NCBI GenBank assembly: GCA_025060455.1
Contig: JANXBY010000038.1
Location: 2,292 to 66,291 of the forward strand
From: Armatimonadota bacterium
GTDB taxonomy: Bacteria > Sysuimicrobiota > Sysuimicrobiia > Sysuimicrobiales > Sysuimicrobiaceae
Length of the DNA: 64,000 nt
Direction: 5' to 3'
Shown: in pieces, positions 9,068-18,880 of the stretch
Layout of the letters: each line of letters begins with the position of its first letter
How positions within the stretch are numbered: position 1 is the first letter of the stretch
The notes under the pieces: model-generated
What the model was told of the DNA's origin: nothing
The model's database searches: none
What the model saw: only the letters and a program-made list of their open reading frames with translations
Translations under genes and position numbers: made by a program

Positions 9068-9772
9068 TTGTCCAAGCGGTTCGGCGGGGTCCAGGCGGTG
9101 CGGGAGCTGGACCTGGAGGTGGGCGAGGGCGAGATCTTCGGCCTGCTGGGACCCAACGGCTCCGGGAAGACGACGGTCTTCAACTTAGTCGCCGGCGTGC
9201 TCGCCCCCGACGCCGGAGAGATCCGGTTCGGGGGCGTTCTCCTGAACGGGCTACCGCCCCACCGACGGGCGGCCCTCGGCGTGGCCCGGACCTTCCAATT
9301 GGTCCGCAGTCTGGGACGGCTCAGTGTTGCCGACAACGTGGCCGTGGCGCGGCTGTACGGGGCGACCCCCGCGCGGTCCGTGGACGCCGCCCGCCAGGAA
9401 GCCTCCCAACTGCTGGCCCTGGTCGGCCTCGCCGGTAAGGCACACCTGCCGGCGGCCAGCCTGAACCTGGCAGAGCGGCGCCGACTGGAGGTAGCCCGGG
9501 CCCTGGCGACCCGACCTCGGCTCCTGCTGCTCGACGAGCCGTTGGCGGGCCTGAACGCCGACGAGGTGCAGGCGGAGGTCGGGCTGTTCCGCCGGCTGCG
9601 GGAAGAAGGGCTCACTTTGGTCCTGGTAGAGCACAACGTGCCCGCGGTGCGCAGCCTGTGCGACCGCGTGGCCTTCCTGCACGCCGGGGAGAAGGTCGCG
9701 GAAGGATCCCCCGAGCAGGTGCTTTCCCACCCTCGGGTGGTGGAGGTGTACCTCGGAGGGGCCGCGGGATGA
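9068..9772 (+). CDS. ABC transporter ATP-binding protein (LivG-like)
   Basis: Walker A motif GPNGSGKTT. Apparent TTG start, since no in-frame ATG or GTG lies upstream after the stop at 8975-8977. Confidence 0.85.
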   Translation: MSKRFGGVQAVRELDLEVGEGEIFGLLGPNGSGKTTVFNLVAGVLAPDAGEIRFGGVLLNGLPPHRRAALGVARTFQLVRSLGRLSVADNVAVARLYGATPARSVDAARQEASQLLALVGLAGKAHLPAASLNLAERRRLEVARALATRPRLLLLDEPLAGLNADEVQAEVGLFRRLREEGLTLVLVEHNVPAVRSLCDRVAFLHAGEKVAEGSPEQVLSHPRVVEVYLGGAAG

Positions 9773-10485
9773 CCGCCCCTGCGCTGGAGCTCCGCGGTGT
9801 CCAGGCCGCGTACGGCGACGCGCAGGTGCTGTGGGGCGTGGACTGGCAGGTGAACCCCGGCGAGGTGGTGGCCGTGGTGGGCCCCAACGGCGCGGGGAAG
9901 AGTACGGCTTTGCGGGTGGTGGCAGGCCTCCTTCGGCCCCTCCGGGGCGAGGTGTGGTTCCATGGAGAACGCATCGACGGGCTTTCCCCAGACCAGGTGG
10001 TGGAGCGTGGGGTGGCCCTCGTGCCCGAGGGGCGGCGGCTGTTCGCGCACATGACGGTGCTGGAGAACCTGTTGCTGGGCGGCTACACCGCCCGTGCGCG
10101 GTCGGTGCGGCGGCAGACCCTACGGGAGGTCTTCGAACTGTTTCCGGTGCTGGCGGAGCGGTCCGGGCAGACAGCAGGTACCCTGTCCGGCGGGCAACAG
10201 CAGATGTTGGCCATCGCCCGGGGCCTGATGAGCCGTCCGCGGCTGCTGCTGCTGGACGAGCCGTCCCTGGGGCTTGCGCCCGTGGTGGTGCAGCAGGTCT
10301 ACGAGGTGGTACGCCGCATTGCGTTACAGGGGGTGACCGTGGTGGTGGTGGAGCAGAACGTGTTCCCGGTGTTGCACCACGCGCCGCGTGGTTACCTCAT
10401 GGCGGGCGGGAGGGTGGTGGCCCAGGGATCCGCGGAGACTCTCGTCCGCACCGAGGTGGTGCAGCGGTCGTACGTGGGGGGCTAG
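9769..10485 (+). CDS. ABC transporter ATP-binding protein (LivF-like)
   Basis: MTAPALELRGVQAAYGDAQVL...GPNGAGKST. ATGA overlap with the upstream stop; the longer ORF from 9658 is rejected. Confidence 0.9.
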   Translation: MTAPALELRGVQAAYGDAQVLWGVDWQVNPGEVVAVVGPNGAGKSTALRVVAGLLRPLRGEVWFHGERIDGLSPDQVVERGVALVPEGRRLFAHMTVLENLLLGGYTARARSVRRQTLREVFELFPVLAERSGQTAGTLSGGQQQMLAIARGLMSRPRLLLLDEPSLGLAPVVVQQVYEVVRRIALQGVTVVVVEQNVFPVLHHAPRGYLMAGGRVVAQGSAETLVRTEVVQRSYVGG

Positions 10486-11361
10486 GTGGAGGTCTGGCTG
10501 CAGAACGTCACCTTCGGGGCCCTGGTGGGAGGGCTGTACGGCCTAGCCGCGGTGGGGCTGGCCCTGGTGTTCGGGGTCCTCCGGATGCTGAACGTGGCCC
10601 ACGGGGAGCTCATCATGCTGGGCGGGTACGCCACCTTCTGGCTGTTCACCCTGTGGGGCACGGACCCGTACGTCTCCCTCCTGGTGGCCGCGCCGGCGCT
10701 GTTCGCCGTCGGGGTGGGGCTGTATGAGGGTCTGTTCGGAAGGCTGGTGCGTTTGCACGAGGAGTCCAAGGTTCAGCTTTCCATCCTGATTGGCTTCGGC
10801 CTGGCCCTGGTGCTGCACGCCCTGGCCATCCTCCTGTGGACCGCAGACGACCGTGCCGTCACCGCCGAGTACGCCGGCCGGGTGTTGCGGGCCGGGCCGC
10901 TGGTGGTGCCCCTCACGCGGCTCGCGGGCCTTGGGGTCGCGTTCGCGGTACTCGGGGCTCTGCAGCTGTTCCTCCAGCGCACCGACGCGGGGCGGGCCAT
11001 CCGAGCCACCGCGGAGGACTGGGAGGCGGCGTTCCTCATGGGCATCCCCGTGCGCCGCGTCTACCGTACCGCCTTCGCCCTAGGCAGCGCCCTGGCAGGG
11101 GTGGCCGGGAGCCTGGTGGCGGTGTCCGACGCCATCAGCCCCGCCATCGGTCTCAGCTGGACCCTTAAGGCACTCATCGTGGTGGTCCTGGCCGGGCTGG
11201 GCAGCATCTTCGGCACCTTCGTCGCGGGGGTGCTGTTGGGGGTCGCGGAGTCCGCGGCAGCCTTCGCCCTGGGCGGAGCATTCCGGGAGGTGGTGGGGCT
11301 CGTGCTGTTCGTGGCGGTGTTAGCCGTGCGGCCTCAGGGGCTGTTCGGGAGGGGGTTGTGA
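10486..11361 (+). CDS. Branched-chain-amino-acid-type ABC permease (LivH-like)
   Basis: 291 aa polytopic membrane protein. N-terminus LNVAHGELIMLGGYATF is typical of LivH. Confidence 0.9.
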   Translation: MEVWLQNVTFGALVGGLYGLAAVGLALVFGVLRMLNVAHGELIMLGGYATFWLFTLWGTDPYVSLLVAAPALFAVGVGLYEGLFGRLVRLHEESKVQLSILIGFGLALVLHALAILLWTADDRAVTAEYAGRVLRAGPLVVPLTRLAGLGVAFAVLGALQLFLQRTDAGRAIRATAEDWEAAFLMGIPVRRVYRTAFALGSALAGVAGSLVAVSDAISPAIGLSWTLKALIVVVLAGLGSIFGTFVAGVLLGVAESAAAFALGGAFREVVGLVLFVAVLAVRPQGLFGRGL

Positions 11362-12278
11362 ACCCCTCGGTGGCCGCGGCGGCCGCGGTGGCCCTGGCGG
11401 CTGCGTTGCCGTGGGTGGCGGGCGACGCGGCAGTGAACTGGGGGCTGCTGGTACTCCTGCAGGTGACGGTGGCGCAGTCGTGGAACCTCCTGGGGGGCTA
11501 CGGAGGCCAGGTGAATCTCGGTCACGCCGCGTTCTTCGGCATCGGTGCCCTGGTGACCCGCGGTCTGTGGGTGCAGGGCACCCCCGTGGTGGGGGCGCTG
11601 GTAGCGGGCTCCGCGGCGGCGGCCGTGGCGGGGCTGGTGGTGGGACTCCCGTCCCTGCGGCTCCGGGGCCCGTACTTCGCCATCGGCACCCTGGCCATGG
11701 CAGAGATCCTACGGATCGTGGTGGGGACCACCCTGCCGGAGGTGTCCGCGCTACCCTCGGATCTGATCACCGGCTACCGCCTGGTGCCCCGCTACTACCT
11801 GGCGTTGGCCCTGGCCGTCCTCAGCACCGCGGTGGTGTGGAGGGTGTCGTGCTCCCGGTTCGGGATGGGGCTCGTGGCGATCCGCGAGGACGAGTGGGTG
11901 GCCGAGACCGTGGGGGTGGACACCTACCGCCACAAGCTGGCCGCCCTGCTGCTGAGTGCGGCCCTCGCGGGAGCCGCGGGCGGTGCCTTCGGCTACTACC
12001 ACCTGAGCTTCTACCCGCAGTTCGTCTTCAGCCCCGTGTGGACCTTCGACGCGGTGCTCATGGTGTTCCTGGGCGGGATCGGGACCGTGTGGGGGCCGCC
12101 CGTGGGTGCGACCTTCTTCGTCCTGCTGCGGGAAGCCCTGGCGTTGCGGCTCACGGAGCTCCACGTGTTGGTGTTCGGAGCGGTGTTCGTGGTGGTGGTG
12201 CTGACCCTGCCGGGCGGGCTGGTGGACGTCGCCAGGGTCCTGCGGGCCATGCGGGTCCGGCGGCCACAACCTGCCTAG
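11358..12278 (+). CDS. Branched-chain-amino-acid-type ABC permease (LivM-like)
   Basis: 306 aa membrane protein (SWNLLGGYGGQVNLGHAAFFGIGA). 4-nt overlap with livH-like. Confidence 0.9.
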   Translation: MNPSVAAAAAVALAAALPWVAGDAAVNWGLLVLLQVTVAQSWNLLGGYGGQVNLGHAAFFGIGALVTRGLWVQGTPVVGALVAGSAAAAVAGLVVGLPSLRLRGPYFAIGTLAMAEILRIVVGTTLPEVSALPSDLITGYRLVPRYYLALALAVLSTAVVWRVSCSRFGMGLVAIREDEWVAETVGVDTYRHKLAALLLSAALAGAAGGAFGYYHLSFYPQFVFSPVWTFDAVLMVFLGGIGTVWGPPVGATFFVLLREALALRLTELHVLVFGAVFVVVVLTLPGGLVDVARVLRAMRVRRPQPA

Positions 12279-12303
12279 GCGACTCTCACCGAGGAGGCGG
12301 ATC

Positions 12304-12732
12304 ATGGCGGAAGCATTGCCCGAGCGCCAGATGTCGGAAGAGGAACTGCAGCGGCTACGGTCGGTGTACGTGGACCTGGTGGGGTTCGTCCCGCCCCGGA
12401 TCGAGGCCCGGACGGAGTTGCTGAGCCGGCTGGACCCGGAGGGCCTGCGGATGCAGGAGGAGATGCGGCGCCACTTCATGTACCCGAGGTGTTTTGACAC
12501 GAAGACCGCGCAGCTGATGCTGTTCGGCATGCTGCTCATGAACCTGCAGGACGCGGCGAAGCTGCATGCCATCGCCGCACGGCGGGCGGGCGCCACGTGG
12601 GAGGAGCTCAGCGCGGTGGTGGGACTGGCATTCCTGTTCCGAGGGCTGTCCGCGGCCAACTACGGCTTCCAGATCCTGCAGGAGATGGCGCAGTCGGAGG
12701 CGGGATCCGTGGAGGCCACCCAGAGGAGGTGA
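12304..12732 (+). CDS. Carboxymuconolactone decarboxylase (CMD/AhpD-like) family protein
   Basis: 142 aa, CMD-domain-like sequence. The family includes PcaC of the beta-ketoadipate pathway. Confidence 0.75.
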   Translation: MAEALPERQMSEEELQRLRSVYVDLVGFVPPRIEARTELLSRLDPEGLRMQEEMRRHFMYPRCFDTKTAQLMLFGMLLMNLQDAAKLHAIAARRAGATWEELSAVVGLAFLFRGLSAANYGFQILQEMAQSEAGSVEATQRR

Positions 12733-12737
12733 GGAGG

Positions 12738-13718
12738 ATGGCGGAGAGCCCAGTGGTGCAGCTGGCGCACGTGGAGATCCTCAGCCCGCGGCCGGAGCAG
12801 ACCCTGTGGTTCTTCCACGACCTGTTGGGGCTGGAGGAGACCGCCCGCCAGGGGCCGTCGGTGTACCTGCGGGCCTACGAGGACTGGTACCACCACACCC
12901 TCAAGGTGACGGAAGCGCCGGAGGCAGGATTGGGCCACATCGCGTGGAGGGCTGCCTCGGAGGAAGCCCTGGAAACGTTAGCCCGGCGCCTGGAGGAGCT
13001 GGGTTGGGGCCTGGGGTGGAGTGAGGGCGATCTGGGCCACGGCCGCGCGTACCGGTTCGTGACCCCGGACGGCCACCCCATGGAGGTACTGTGGGACGTG
13101 GAGTACTATCAGCCTCCAGCGGAGATGCGGACATCTCTCCGGAACCGACCACAGAGGCGGCCCCTGCGTGGGGTCCCCGTGCGCCGGATCGACCACGTGA
13201 ACGTGATGGCGCAGGCAGTGGGCCCGGTGCGGGAGTTCCTCACGGACGTCCTGGGCTTCCGCCTGCGGGAGCAGAAGATCGGCCAAGATGGGCAGGAGGT
13301 GGGGGCCTGGCTGAGCGTGAGCCCTCTCGTGCACGAGATCGCGGTGATGCGGGACGCCACGGGCCAGCGGGGCCGGTTCCACCACGTGGCGTACTGGTAC
13401 GGCTACCCGCAGCACCTGATGGACGCCGCGGACGTGATGGTGGACTACGGGGTGCGCATCGAGGCGGGGCCCGGCAAGCACGGCACCACCCAGGCGTACT
13501 TCATGTACGTGTTCGAGCCGGGCGGGGTCCGGGTGGAGCTGTTCGGGGACACGGGCTACCTCATTTTCGACCCCACGTGGAAGACGGTGGTGTGGGACGT
13601 GTCCAACGAGAGCGACCTGGAGCGCAGCAGCATCTGGTTCGGTGGCCGGCTGCCGGAGACCTTCTACACGTACGGGGTTCCCTCGGTGTCCTGGCAGGCG
13701 GTGGCGGGACGGCGCTAG
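12738..13718 (+). CDS. Type I extradiol ring-cleavage dioxygenase (catechol 2,3-dioxygenase-like, VOC superfamily)
   Basis: Starts [17 protein letters not shown] at ATG 12738 with a GAGGAGG ribosome-binding site. Two VOC modules; conserved H...H...E metal-ligand spacing as in XylE-type enzymes. Paralog of 38257-39267. Confidence 0.9.
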   Translation: MAESPVVQLAHVEILSPRPEQTLWFFHDLLGLEETARQGPSVYLRAYEDWYHHTLKVTEAPEAGLGHIAWRAASEEALETLARRLEELGWGLGWSEGDLGHGRAYRFVTPDGHPMEVLWDVEYYQPPAEMRTSLRNRPQRRPLRGVPVRRIDHVNVMAQAVGPVREFLTDVLGFRLREQKIGQDGQEVGAWLSVSPLVHEIAVMRDATGQRGRFHHVAYWYGYPQHLMDAADVMVDYGVRIEAGPGKHGTTQAYFMYVFEPGGVRVELFGDTGYLIFDPTWKTVVWDVSNESDLERSSIWFGGRLPETFYTYGVPSVSWQAVAGRR

Positions 13719-13772
13719 GCGCCTGCCTGTGAAACGCCGAGCGACGAAGGGCCGTACCTGCTGGGAAACGAC

Positions 13773-14420
13773 GTGGCGCCGCCCGCGGCGTTCGTCAGCG
13801 TCGAGCTGGTGGTGGACTTCGCGGGGGCGACCCGGCGGACGGCGGGATGGCCGGGCGGCGGGGAGCAGCTGGTGCAGGACGCCCGCTACACCATGAAGGG
13901 ATCCGCGGCCCCTGCCACCCTGCACGCAGGGACGCTTCCGGTGGAGTCGCGCGTGGAGGCAGACCTCCCCACGGGCCAGGTGGAGGGGGCGGTGCGGGCA
14001 GCGCCGGCCCACGGGCTGGTACGCCCCAGGGGCTCCAGGCGCTTCTCCCCCGTGCACAACGGTCGGCCCCTGCGGCCGGACAGGGTTCTACCCGCGGACG
14101 CCCCGCCGCCGCATCCACGGGACCTGTTCGCGCGCGGCAACATGGCCGGCGATCCGGGGGCGGTCCACAGGGACGGCCCCTCGCCTCAGACGCACCAGGA
14201 CACCAGCTACGACAGGTCCAGCTTGGCGGACAGCCAGGACACGGTCTTCCGCGCCGGGGCGGACGCGGACCCCGTGGTCGCCCACGTGTACCTGGACGGC
14301 GAGGAGGACGACGCCTTCGCGCAGGAGTTGGTGGCCGCGGGCGAGCGCACGTGCTTTCTGCACGCCCTGTCTCGGTCAGATCTGGACGTGCGGCTGGTCT
14401 TCGGTCCCGCGGGGTGGTAG
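13773..14420 (+). CDS. Hypothetical protein
   Basis: 215 aa ORF tightly packed between the dioxygenase and pobA (stop 2 nt before the pobA start). High GC3. No recognisable domain by eye. Confidence 0.45.
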   Translation: MAPPAAFVSVELVVDFAGATRRTAGWPGGGEQLVQDARYTMKGSAAPATLHAGTLPVESRVEADLPTGQVEGAVRAAPAHGLVRPRGSRRFSPVHNGRPLRPDRVLPADAPPPHPRDLFARGNMAGDPGAVHRDGPSPQTHQDTSYDRSSLADSQDTVFRAGADADPVVAHVYLDGEEDDAFAQELVAAGERTCFLHALSRSDLDVRLVFGPAGW

Positions 14421-14421
14421 G

Positions 14422-15618
14422 GTGGCAAGGACCCAGGTGGCTGTCGTGGGGGCGGGGCCGGCGGGCCTGCTGTTGAGCCACCTCCTGCACCAGGCGGGCG
14501 TGCGCAGCGTGGTGCTGGAAACCCGAAGCCGCGCATACGTGGAGCAGCGGGTGCGCGCCGGGGTCCTGGAGGACGGGACGCGCCAGATCCTCCTCCGGGC
14601 CGGGGTCGGGGAGCGGATGGAGCGGCAGGGCCTGGTACACGAGGGGGTCAACTTCGCGTTCGAGGGGTCGCTGCTGCACTTCGACTTTCCCGCCCTGACG
14701 GGGGGCCACACCATCACCGTTTACGGGCAGCAAGAGGTGGTGAAGGACCTCATCCGGGCCCGGTTGGACGCCGGCGGCGATGTGCGGTTCGAGGCCGAAG
14801 CGGTGCGGTTGGAGGACCTGGACGGGGTCGTCCGCGTGTACTACCGGAACCCCGACGGCTCCGAGGACTGCCTGGAGGCCGACTTCGTGGCGGGCTGTGA
14901 CGGCTCCCAGGGGATCTGCCGCGGGTGGTTGCCGGACTCCGTCCGGCGCGTGCACCAGCGGGCGTACCCGTTCGCGTGGTTGGGCATCCTGGCTGAGGCG
15001 CCCCCGGCTTCCCACGAGCTCATCTACGTGAACCACCACCGGGGCTTTGCCCTGTTCAGCATGCGCTCTCCCCACCTGTCGCGGAACTACATCCAGGTGC
15101 GCGCGGAGGAGACCCTGGAGGAGTGGCCCGACGAGCGCATCTGGGAGGAGCTGCAGCGCCGCCTGGACCGCGCCGCCCAGATCACCGTGGGGCCCGTGCG
15201 GGAGAAGAGCCTGGCGCCGCTTCGCAGCCTGGTGGTGGAGCCCATGCAGCACGGCCGGCTGTTCCTGGCCGGGGACGCGGCCCACGTGGTGCCGCCCACG
15301 GGCGCGAAGGGGCTGAACCTGGCGGTGTGCGACGTGGTGGTGCTGGCGCGGGCGCTGGTGGACTACTACCGGAGGGGTGAGGAGGCGGGTCTGCGGGCGT
15401 ACACCGACCGGTGCCTGGAGCACGTGTGGCAGGCAGAACACTTTTCCTGGTGGATGACGCAGCTGCTGCACCGCCTGGACGACCCGTTCGAGGAGGGGAT
15501 GCAGCGGGCGCAGCTGCGGGCGCTGCGCCGCAGCGAGGCCGCCCGCCGGTACCTGGCGGAGAACTACACGGGGGTGCACACCAGCCTGCGGTACGTGGAC
15601 TGGGTCCCCGCGGGGTGA
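14422..15618 (+). CDS. pobA: 4-hydroxybenzoate 3-monooxygenase (p-hydroxybenzoate hydroxylase)
   Basis: 398 aa, collinear with PobA: QVAVVGAGPAGLLL...GGHTITVYGQ...LAGDAAHVVPPTGAKGLNLA...SWWMT. Confidence 0.9.
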   Translation: MARTQVAVVGAGPAGLLLSHLLHQAGVRSVVLETRSRAYVEQRVRAGVLEDGTRQILLRAGVGERMERQGLVHEGVNFAFEGSLLHFDFPALTGGHTITVYGQQEVVKDLIRARLDAGGDVRFEAEAVRLEDLDGVVRVYYRNPDGSEDCLEADFVAGCDGSQGICRGWLPDSVRRVHQRAYPFAWLGILAEAPPASHELIYVNHHRGFALFSMRSPHLSRNYIQVRAEETLEEWPDERIWEELQRRLDRAAQITVGPVREKSLAPLRSLVVEPMQHGRLFLAGDAAHVVPPTGAKGLNLAVCDVVVLARALVDYYRRGEEAGLRAYTDRCLEHVWQAEHFSWWMTQLLHRLDDPFEEGMQRAQLRALRRSEAARRYLAENYTGVHTSLRYVDWVPAG

Positions 15619-15631
15619 GGGAGGCCCATGC

Positions 15632-16222
15632 CTACGGCGCCCGGAGGGGCCAGAGGGTAGGCAGCAGCGAGATCCCGAGCGCGTACAGCGCCGCCGCCAG
15701 GGGGAGGCCTACGCGCAGGTAGTCGCGGACCGTGTACCCGGCGGGCGCCATGACCAGGAGGTTCACCGCGTTGCCCAGCGGCGTAGCAAAGGTGGTCGCA
15801 GTGGCCGCCACCACGGCCACCGCCAGGGACGCAGGGCTAACCGCCAGCCGCGTGCTCGCCTCCAAGGCCACGGGCGCGAGGACCACTGTGGCCGCCACGC
15901 TGGGGACAAGTTGGTTCAGCACCACCCCCACCGCGTAGAGGTAGCAGAACGCCGTGAAGGGCGAGCCCGCCAGGGCCACCAGCGGCGAGAAAACGTCTTC
16001 TACCGCCCCGGTGCGCACCAGAACCCCGGAGCGGGGCAGCAGGCATGTCAGGAACACCACGCTGCGCCAATCCACCACCCGGTAGGCCTCCTCCGGGGAC
16101 AGGCAACGGAACCCCACCACCGCCACCGCGCCCGGCCTCCACCGCCCCCAGGCCAGAGCGGCCACGGCGCACCGCAGCAGGGCGAGGGCCAGAACGCCAG
16201 GGGCCGCGGAGGTGGGGTTCAC
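15632..16222 (-). pseudogene. Truncated C-terminal fragment of an SLC13/DASS-family anion permease (TrkA-C-containing type)
   Basis: The 196-aa ORF matches only the last third of YfbS-like permeases (LSPEEAYRVVDWRSV...TFATPLGNAVNLLVMAPAGYTVRDYLRVGLPLAAAL). Its 5' end abuts the stop of the thiolase gene, so the N-terminal roughly 400 aa are absent. Confidence 0.55.
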
Positions 16223-16232
16223 GAGCTCCGGG

Positions 16233-17399
16233 TCACGCCTCCCGCTCTACCGCCACCGCCACCGCCTCCCCGCCGCCCAGGCAGATGGCGGCGACGCCCC
16301 GACGTGCGCCCCGGCGCTGCATGGCATACAGGAGCGTGGTGAGGATGCGGGCCCCGGAAGCTCCGATGGGATGGCCCAGGGCCACCGCCCCTCCGTGCAC
16401 GTTCACCGGGTCCAGGGGCAGTCCCAGCTTGCGGCACACACCCAACACCACCGCCGCGAACGCCTCGTTGATCTCGTACAGGTCCACGTCTTCCTTGCGC
16501 CAGCCCACCCGGTCCAGCAGCCGCTCGATGGCGGCGGCCGGGGCGATGGTGAACCACTCGGGCGCGGTGGCCGCCTGCGCACACCCCACCACCCGGGCGA
16601 GAGGTTGGACGCCCACCCGGTCCGCCACGGACCGCTCCGCCACCACCAGCGCCGCGGCACCGTCGCTGATGCTGCTGGCGTTGGCCGCGGTCACCGTACC
16701 CTCTTTCTCGAAGGCGGGCTTCAGGGTCGGGATTCGGTCGAACTGCACCCGCCGCGGCTCCTCATCCTCCTCCACGCGCTTCCCGTCCGACTCCACGGGG
16801 ACTGTCTCCTGGCGGAACCAGCCGGAGTCCAGGGCCTGCAGAGCGAGTCGGTAGGATCGCTCCGCGTACGCGTCCTGGTCCTGCCGGCTGATGCGGTACT
16901 CCGCGGCCAGCAGCTCCGCGCACGACCCCATGTGGCAGTCGCGGTAGGGATCCCACAGCCCGTCAAGGATCATGGAGTCCTGGATTTCGCCGTGTCCGAG
17001 CCGGTATCCCGTGCGGGCCCGGGGAAGCAGGTAGGGCGCCCGGCTCATGTTCTCCATCCCCCCTGCCACGTACACCCGCCCATCGCCTGCCCGGATGGCC
17101 TGAGTAGCCAGCACCACCGCCTTGAGCCCCGACCCGCACATCTTGTTGACGGTCACCGCGCCCACGGAGTCGGGCAGTCCCGCGTACCGCGCCGCCTGTC
17201 GTGCGGGAGCCTGGCCCAGCCCCGCGGACAGGATGTTGCCAAGGATCACCTCGTCCACCTCTTCCGGCCGCACCCCGGCCCGTCGGACCGCCTCCTGAAC
17301 CACCACCGCGCCCAGGCGGGGCGCCGACACGTCTGCCAGGCCCCCCAAGAACCTGCCGATGGGCGTTCGCACCGCGCTCAAAATGACCGCTTCCGACAT
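16233..17399 (-). CDS. Acetyl-CoA C-acetyltransferase (thiolase II)
   Basis: 388 aa with MSEAVILSAVRTPIGRF and NKMCGSGLKAV motifs and the C-terminal thiolase signature. Confidence 0.9.
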   Translation of the reverse strand: MSEAVILSAVRTPIGRFLGGLADVSAPRLGAVVVQEAVRRAGVRPEEVDEVILGNILSAGLGQAPARQAARYAGLPDSVGAVTVNKMCGSGLKAVVLATQAIRAGDGRVYVAGGMENMSRAPYLLPRARTGYRLGHGEIQDSMILDGLWDPYRDCHMGSCAELLAAEYRISRQDQDAYAERSYRLALQALDSGWFRQETVPVESDGKRVEEDEEPRRVQFDRIPTLKPAFEKEGTVTAANASSISDGAAALVVAERSVADRVGVQPLARVVGCAQAATAPEWFTIAPAAAIERLLDRVGWRKEDVDLYEINEAFAAVVLGVCRKLGLPLDPVNVHGGAVALGHPIGASGARILTTLLYAMQRRGARRGVAAICLGGGEAVAVAVEREA

Positions 17400-17535
17400 G
17401 GCCCCACCTCGCAGGAGACCGCGGGAGCCCAGAGGACCCCCGCGGTCGACCCTTCGAGCCCATTCTACGCCGCATCTCCCAACCCGTGCGGCCGTCTGCT
17501 ATCCTGGCGGCGATCGCGGCGAGGAGGCGGGAGAA

Positions 17536-18879
17536 GTGCGCGACGAGTTTCCCCGGACCCGAGATGGTCACCTGTGCGTGGGCGGCTGCGACGCGGTGGA
17601 GCTGGCGCGCACCTTCGGGACACCGCTCCACGTGTTGGACGGTGGCCGCCTGCGGCGGAACCTGCAGGCCTACCGGGAGGCGTTTGCGGAGCACGCGCCC
17701 ACCGGACAACCCGTGTACGCCTCCAAGGCCCTGTGCACCGTGGCCACCTGCCAGCTGGTCCACCGGCACGGATTCTGGGTAGACGTGGCCTCCGGCGGAG
17801 AGCTTGCCACGGCCCTGCGGGCGGGGGTCCCCGCAGAACACCTGGTGTTCCACGGTAACTACAAGACCGAGGAAGAACTCCGGCTCGCGGTGCAGGCAGG
17901 CGTGGGCCGGGTGGCGGTGGACAACTTTCACGAACTGGACCTGCTGGACCGGCTGGCGCGGGAGGCGGGGCGGGTGGTGGACGTGTGGCTGCGGGTGACG
18001 CCCGGGATCGAACCGCACACGCATCGCGCCATCCAGACGGGAGGGGTGGACACGAAGTTCGGCTTTGGGATTCCCGACGGGACCGCGGCGCGGGCGGTGC
18101 GAGAAGCCGTGAACCGGCCGGGGCTGCGGGTGAGGGGTTTCCACAGCCACATCGGCTCCCAGATCCTGGAGCTGGAGCCGTTCCGGCAGAACGCGGAGCT
18201 GGTGGTGGCGTTCGCGCTGCAGGTGCGGTCCGAGCTGGGCTACGTGGCGGAGGAGGTAAACCTGGGCGGGGGACTGGGAATCCGCTACCTGGCCTCGGAC
18301 CGGCCGCCGAGCATCCACGCGTACGTGGCGGCGGTGGCCGCCGCGCTGTCCGCGGCGTGCGGGGCTGCGGACTACCCCGTGCCGCGGCTGTTCCTGGAGC
18401 CCGGGCGGTCCGTGGTGGGCCCCGCGGGGGTCACCCTGTACACCGTGGGGCCCATCAAGCAAATTCCTGGCGTCCGCACCTACGTGGCCGTGGACGGCGG
18501 CATGTACGAAAACCCCAGGCCTGCCCTGTACGGCGCCCGCTACGAGGCGGTGGTGGCGGAACGACCGGACGACCCGCCGCAGGGCGTCGTGGCCCTGGCG
18601 GGCCGGTGCTGCGAGTCCGGGGACGTGCTGGTGTGGGAAGCCGCCCTGCCTGCGGTGCGGCCCGGAGACGTGGTGGCGGTGTTCTCCACAGGGGCGTACA
18701 CGTACTCCATGGCCAGCAACTACAACCGTTTCCCGCGCCCGGCGGTGGTGCTGGCGGAGGACGGGCGGGCGACGGTCGTGGTGAGACGGGAGAGCTACGA
18801 GGACCTTCTGCGGCTGGACGTGGGGCTGTCGGAGGAAGGGGTCGAGGTGGTGGCCGCACGCGGCCCCTGCGCGAGTTGA
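17536..18879 (+). CDS. lysA: Diaminopimelate decarboxylase
   Basis: PLP-dependent fold III decarboxylase motifs (YASKAL, GGGLGI, CESGD). GTG start at 17536 preceded by GAGGAGG; the longer ORF from 17359 overlaps the antisense thiolase. Confidence 0.9.
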   Translation: MRDEFPRTRDGHLCVGGCDAVELARTFGTPLHVLDGGRLRRNLQAYREAFAEHAPTGQPVYASKALCTVATCQLVHRHGFWVDVASGGELATALRAGVPAEHLVFHGNYKTEEELRLAVQAGVGRVAVDNFHELDLLDRLAREAGRVVDVWLRVTPGIEPHTHRAIQTGGVDTKFGFGIPDGTAARAVREAVNRPGLRVRGFHSHIGSQILELEPFRQNAELVVAFALQVRSELGYVAEEVNLGGGLGIRYLASDRPPSIHAYVAAVAAALSAACGAADYPVPRLFLEPGRSVVGPAGVTLYTVGPIKQIPGVRTYVAVDGGMYENPRPALYGARYEAVVAERPDDPPQGVVALAGRCCESGDVLVWEAALPAVRPGDVVAVFSTGAYTYSMASNYNRFPRPAVVLAEDGRATVVVRRESYEDLLRLDVGLSEEGVEVVAARGPCAS

Positions 18880-18880
18880 C

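Noticed and set aside
13795-15579. 594-aa antisense ORF covering pobA and the hypothetical gene
   Set aside because: Entirely antisense to the strongly supported pobA. Pro/Arg/Gly-rich low-complexity translation.
17400-17535. Lysine (L-box) riboswitch upstream of lysA
   Set aside because: The leader is only about 135 nt and lacks the L-box conserved cores. L-box elements normally control lysC or transporters rather than lysA.
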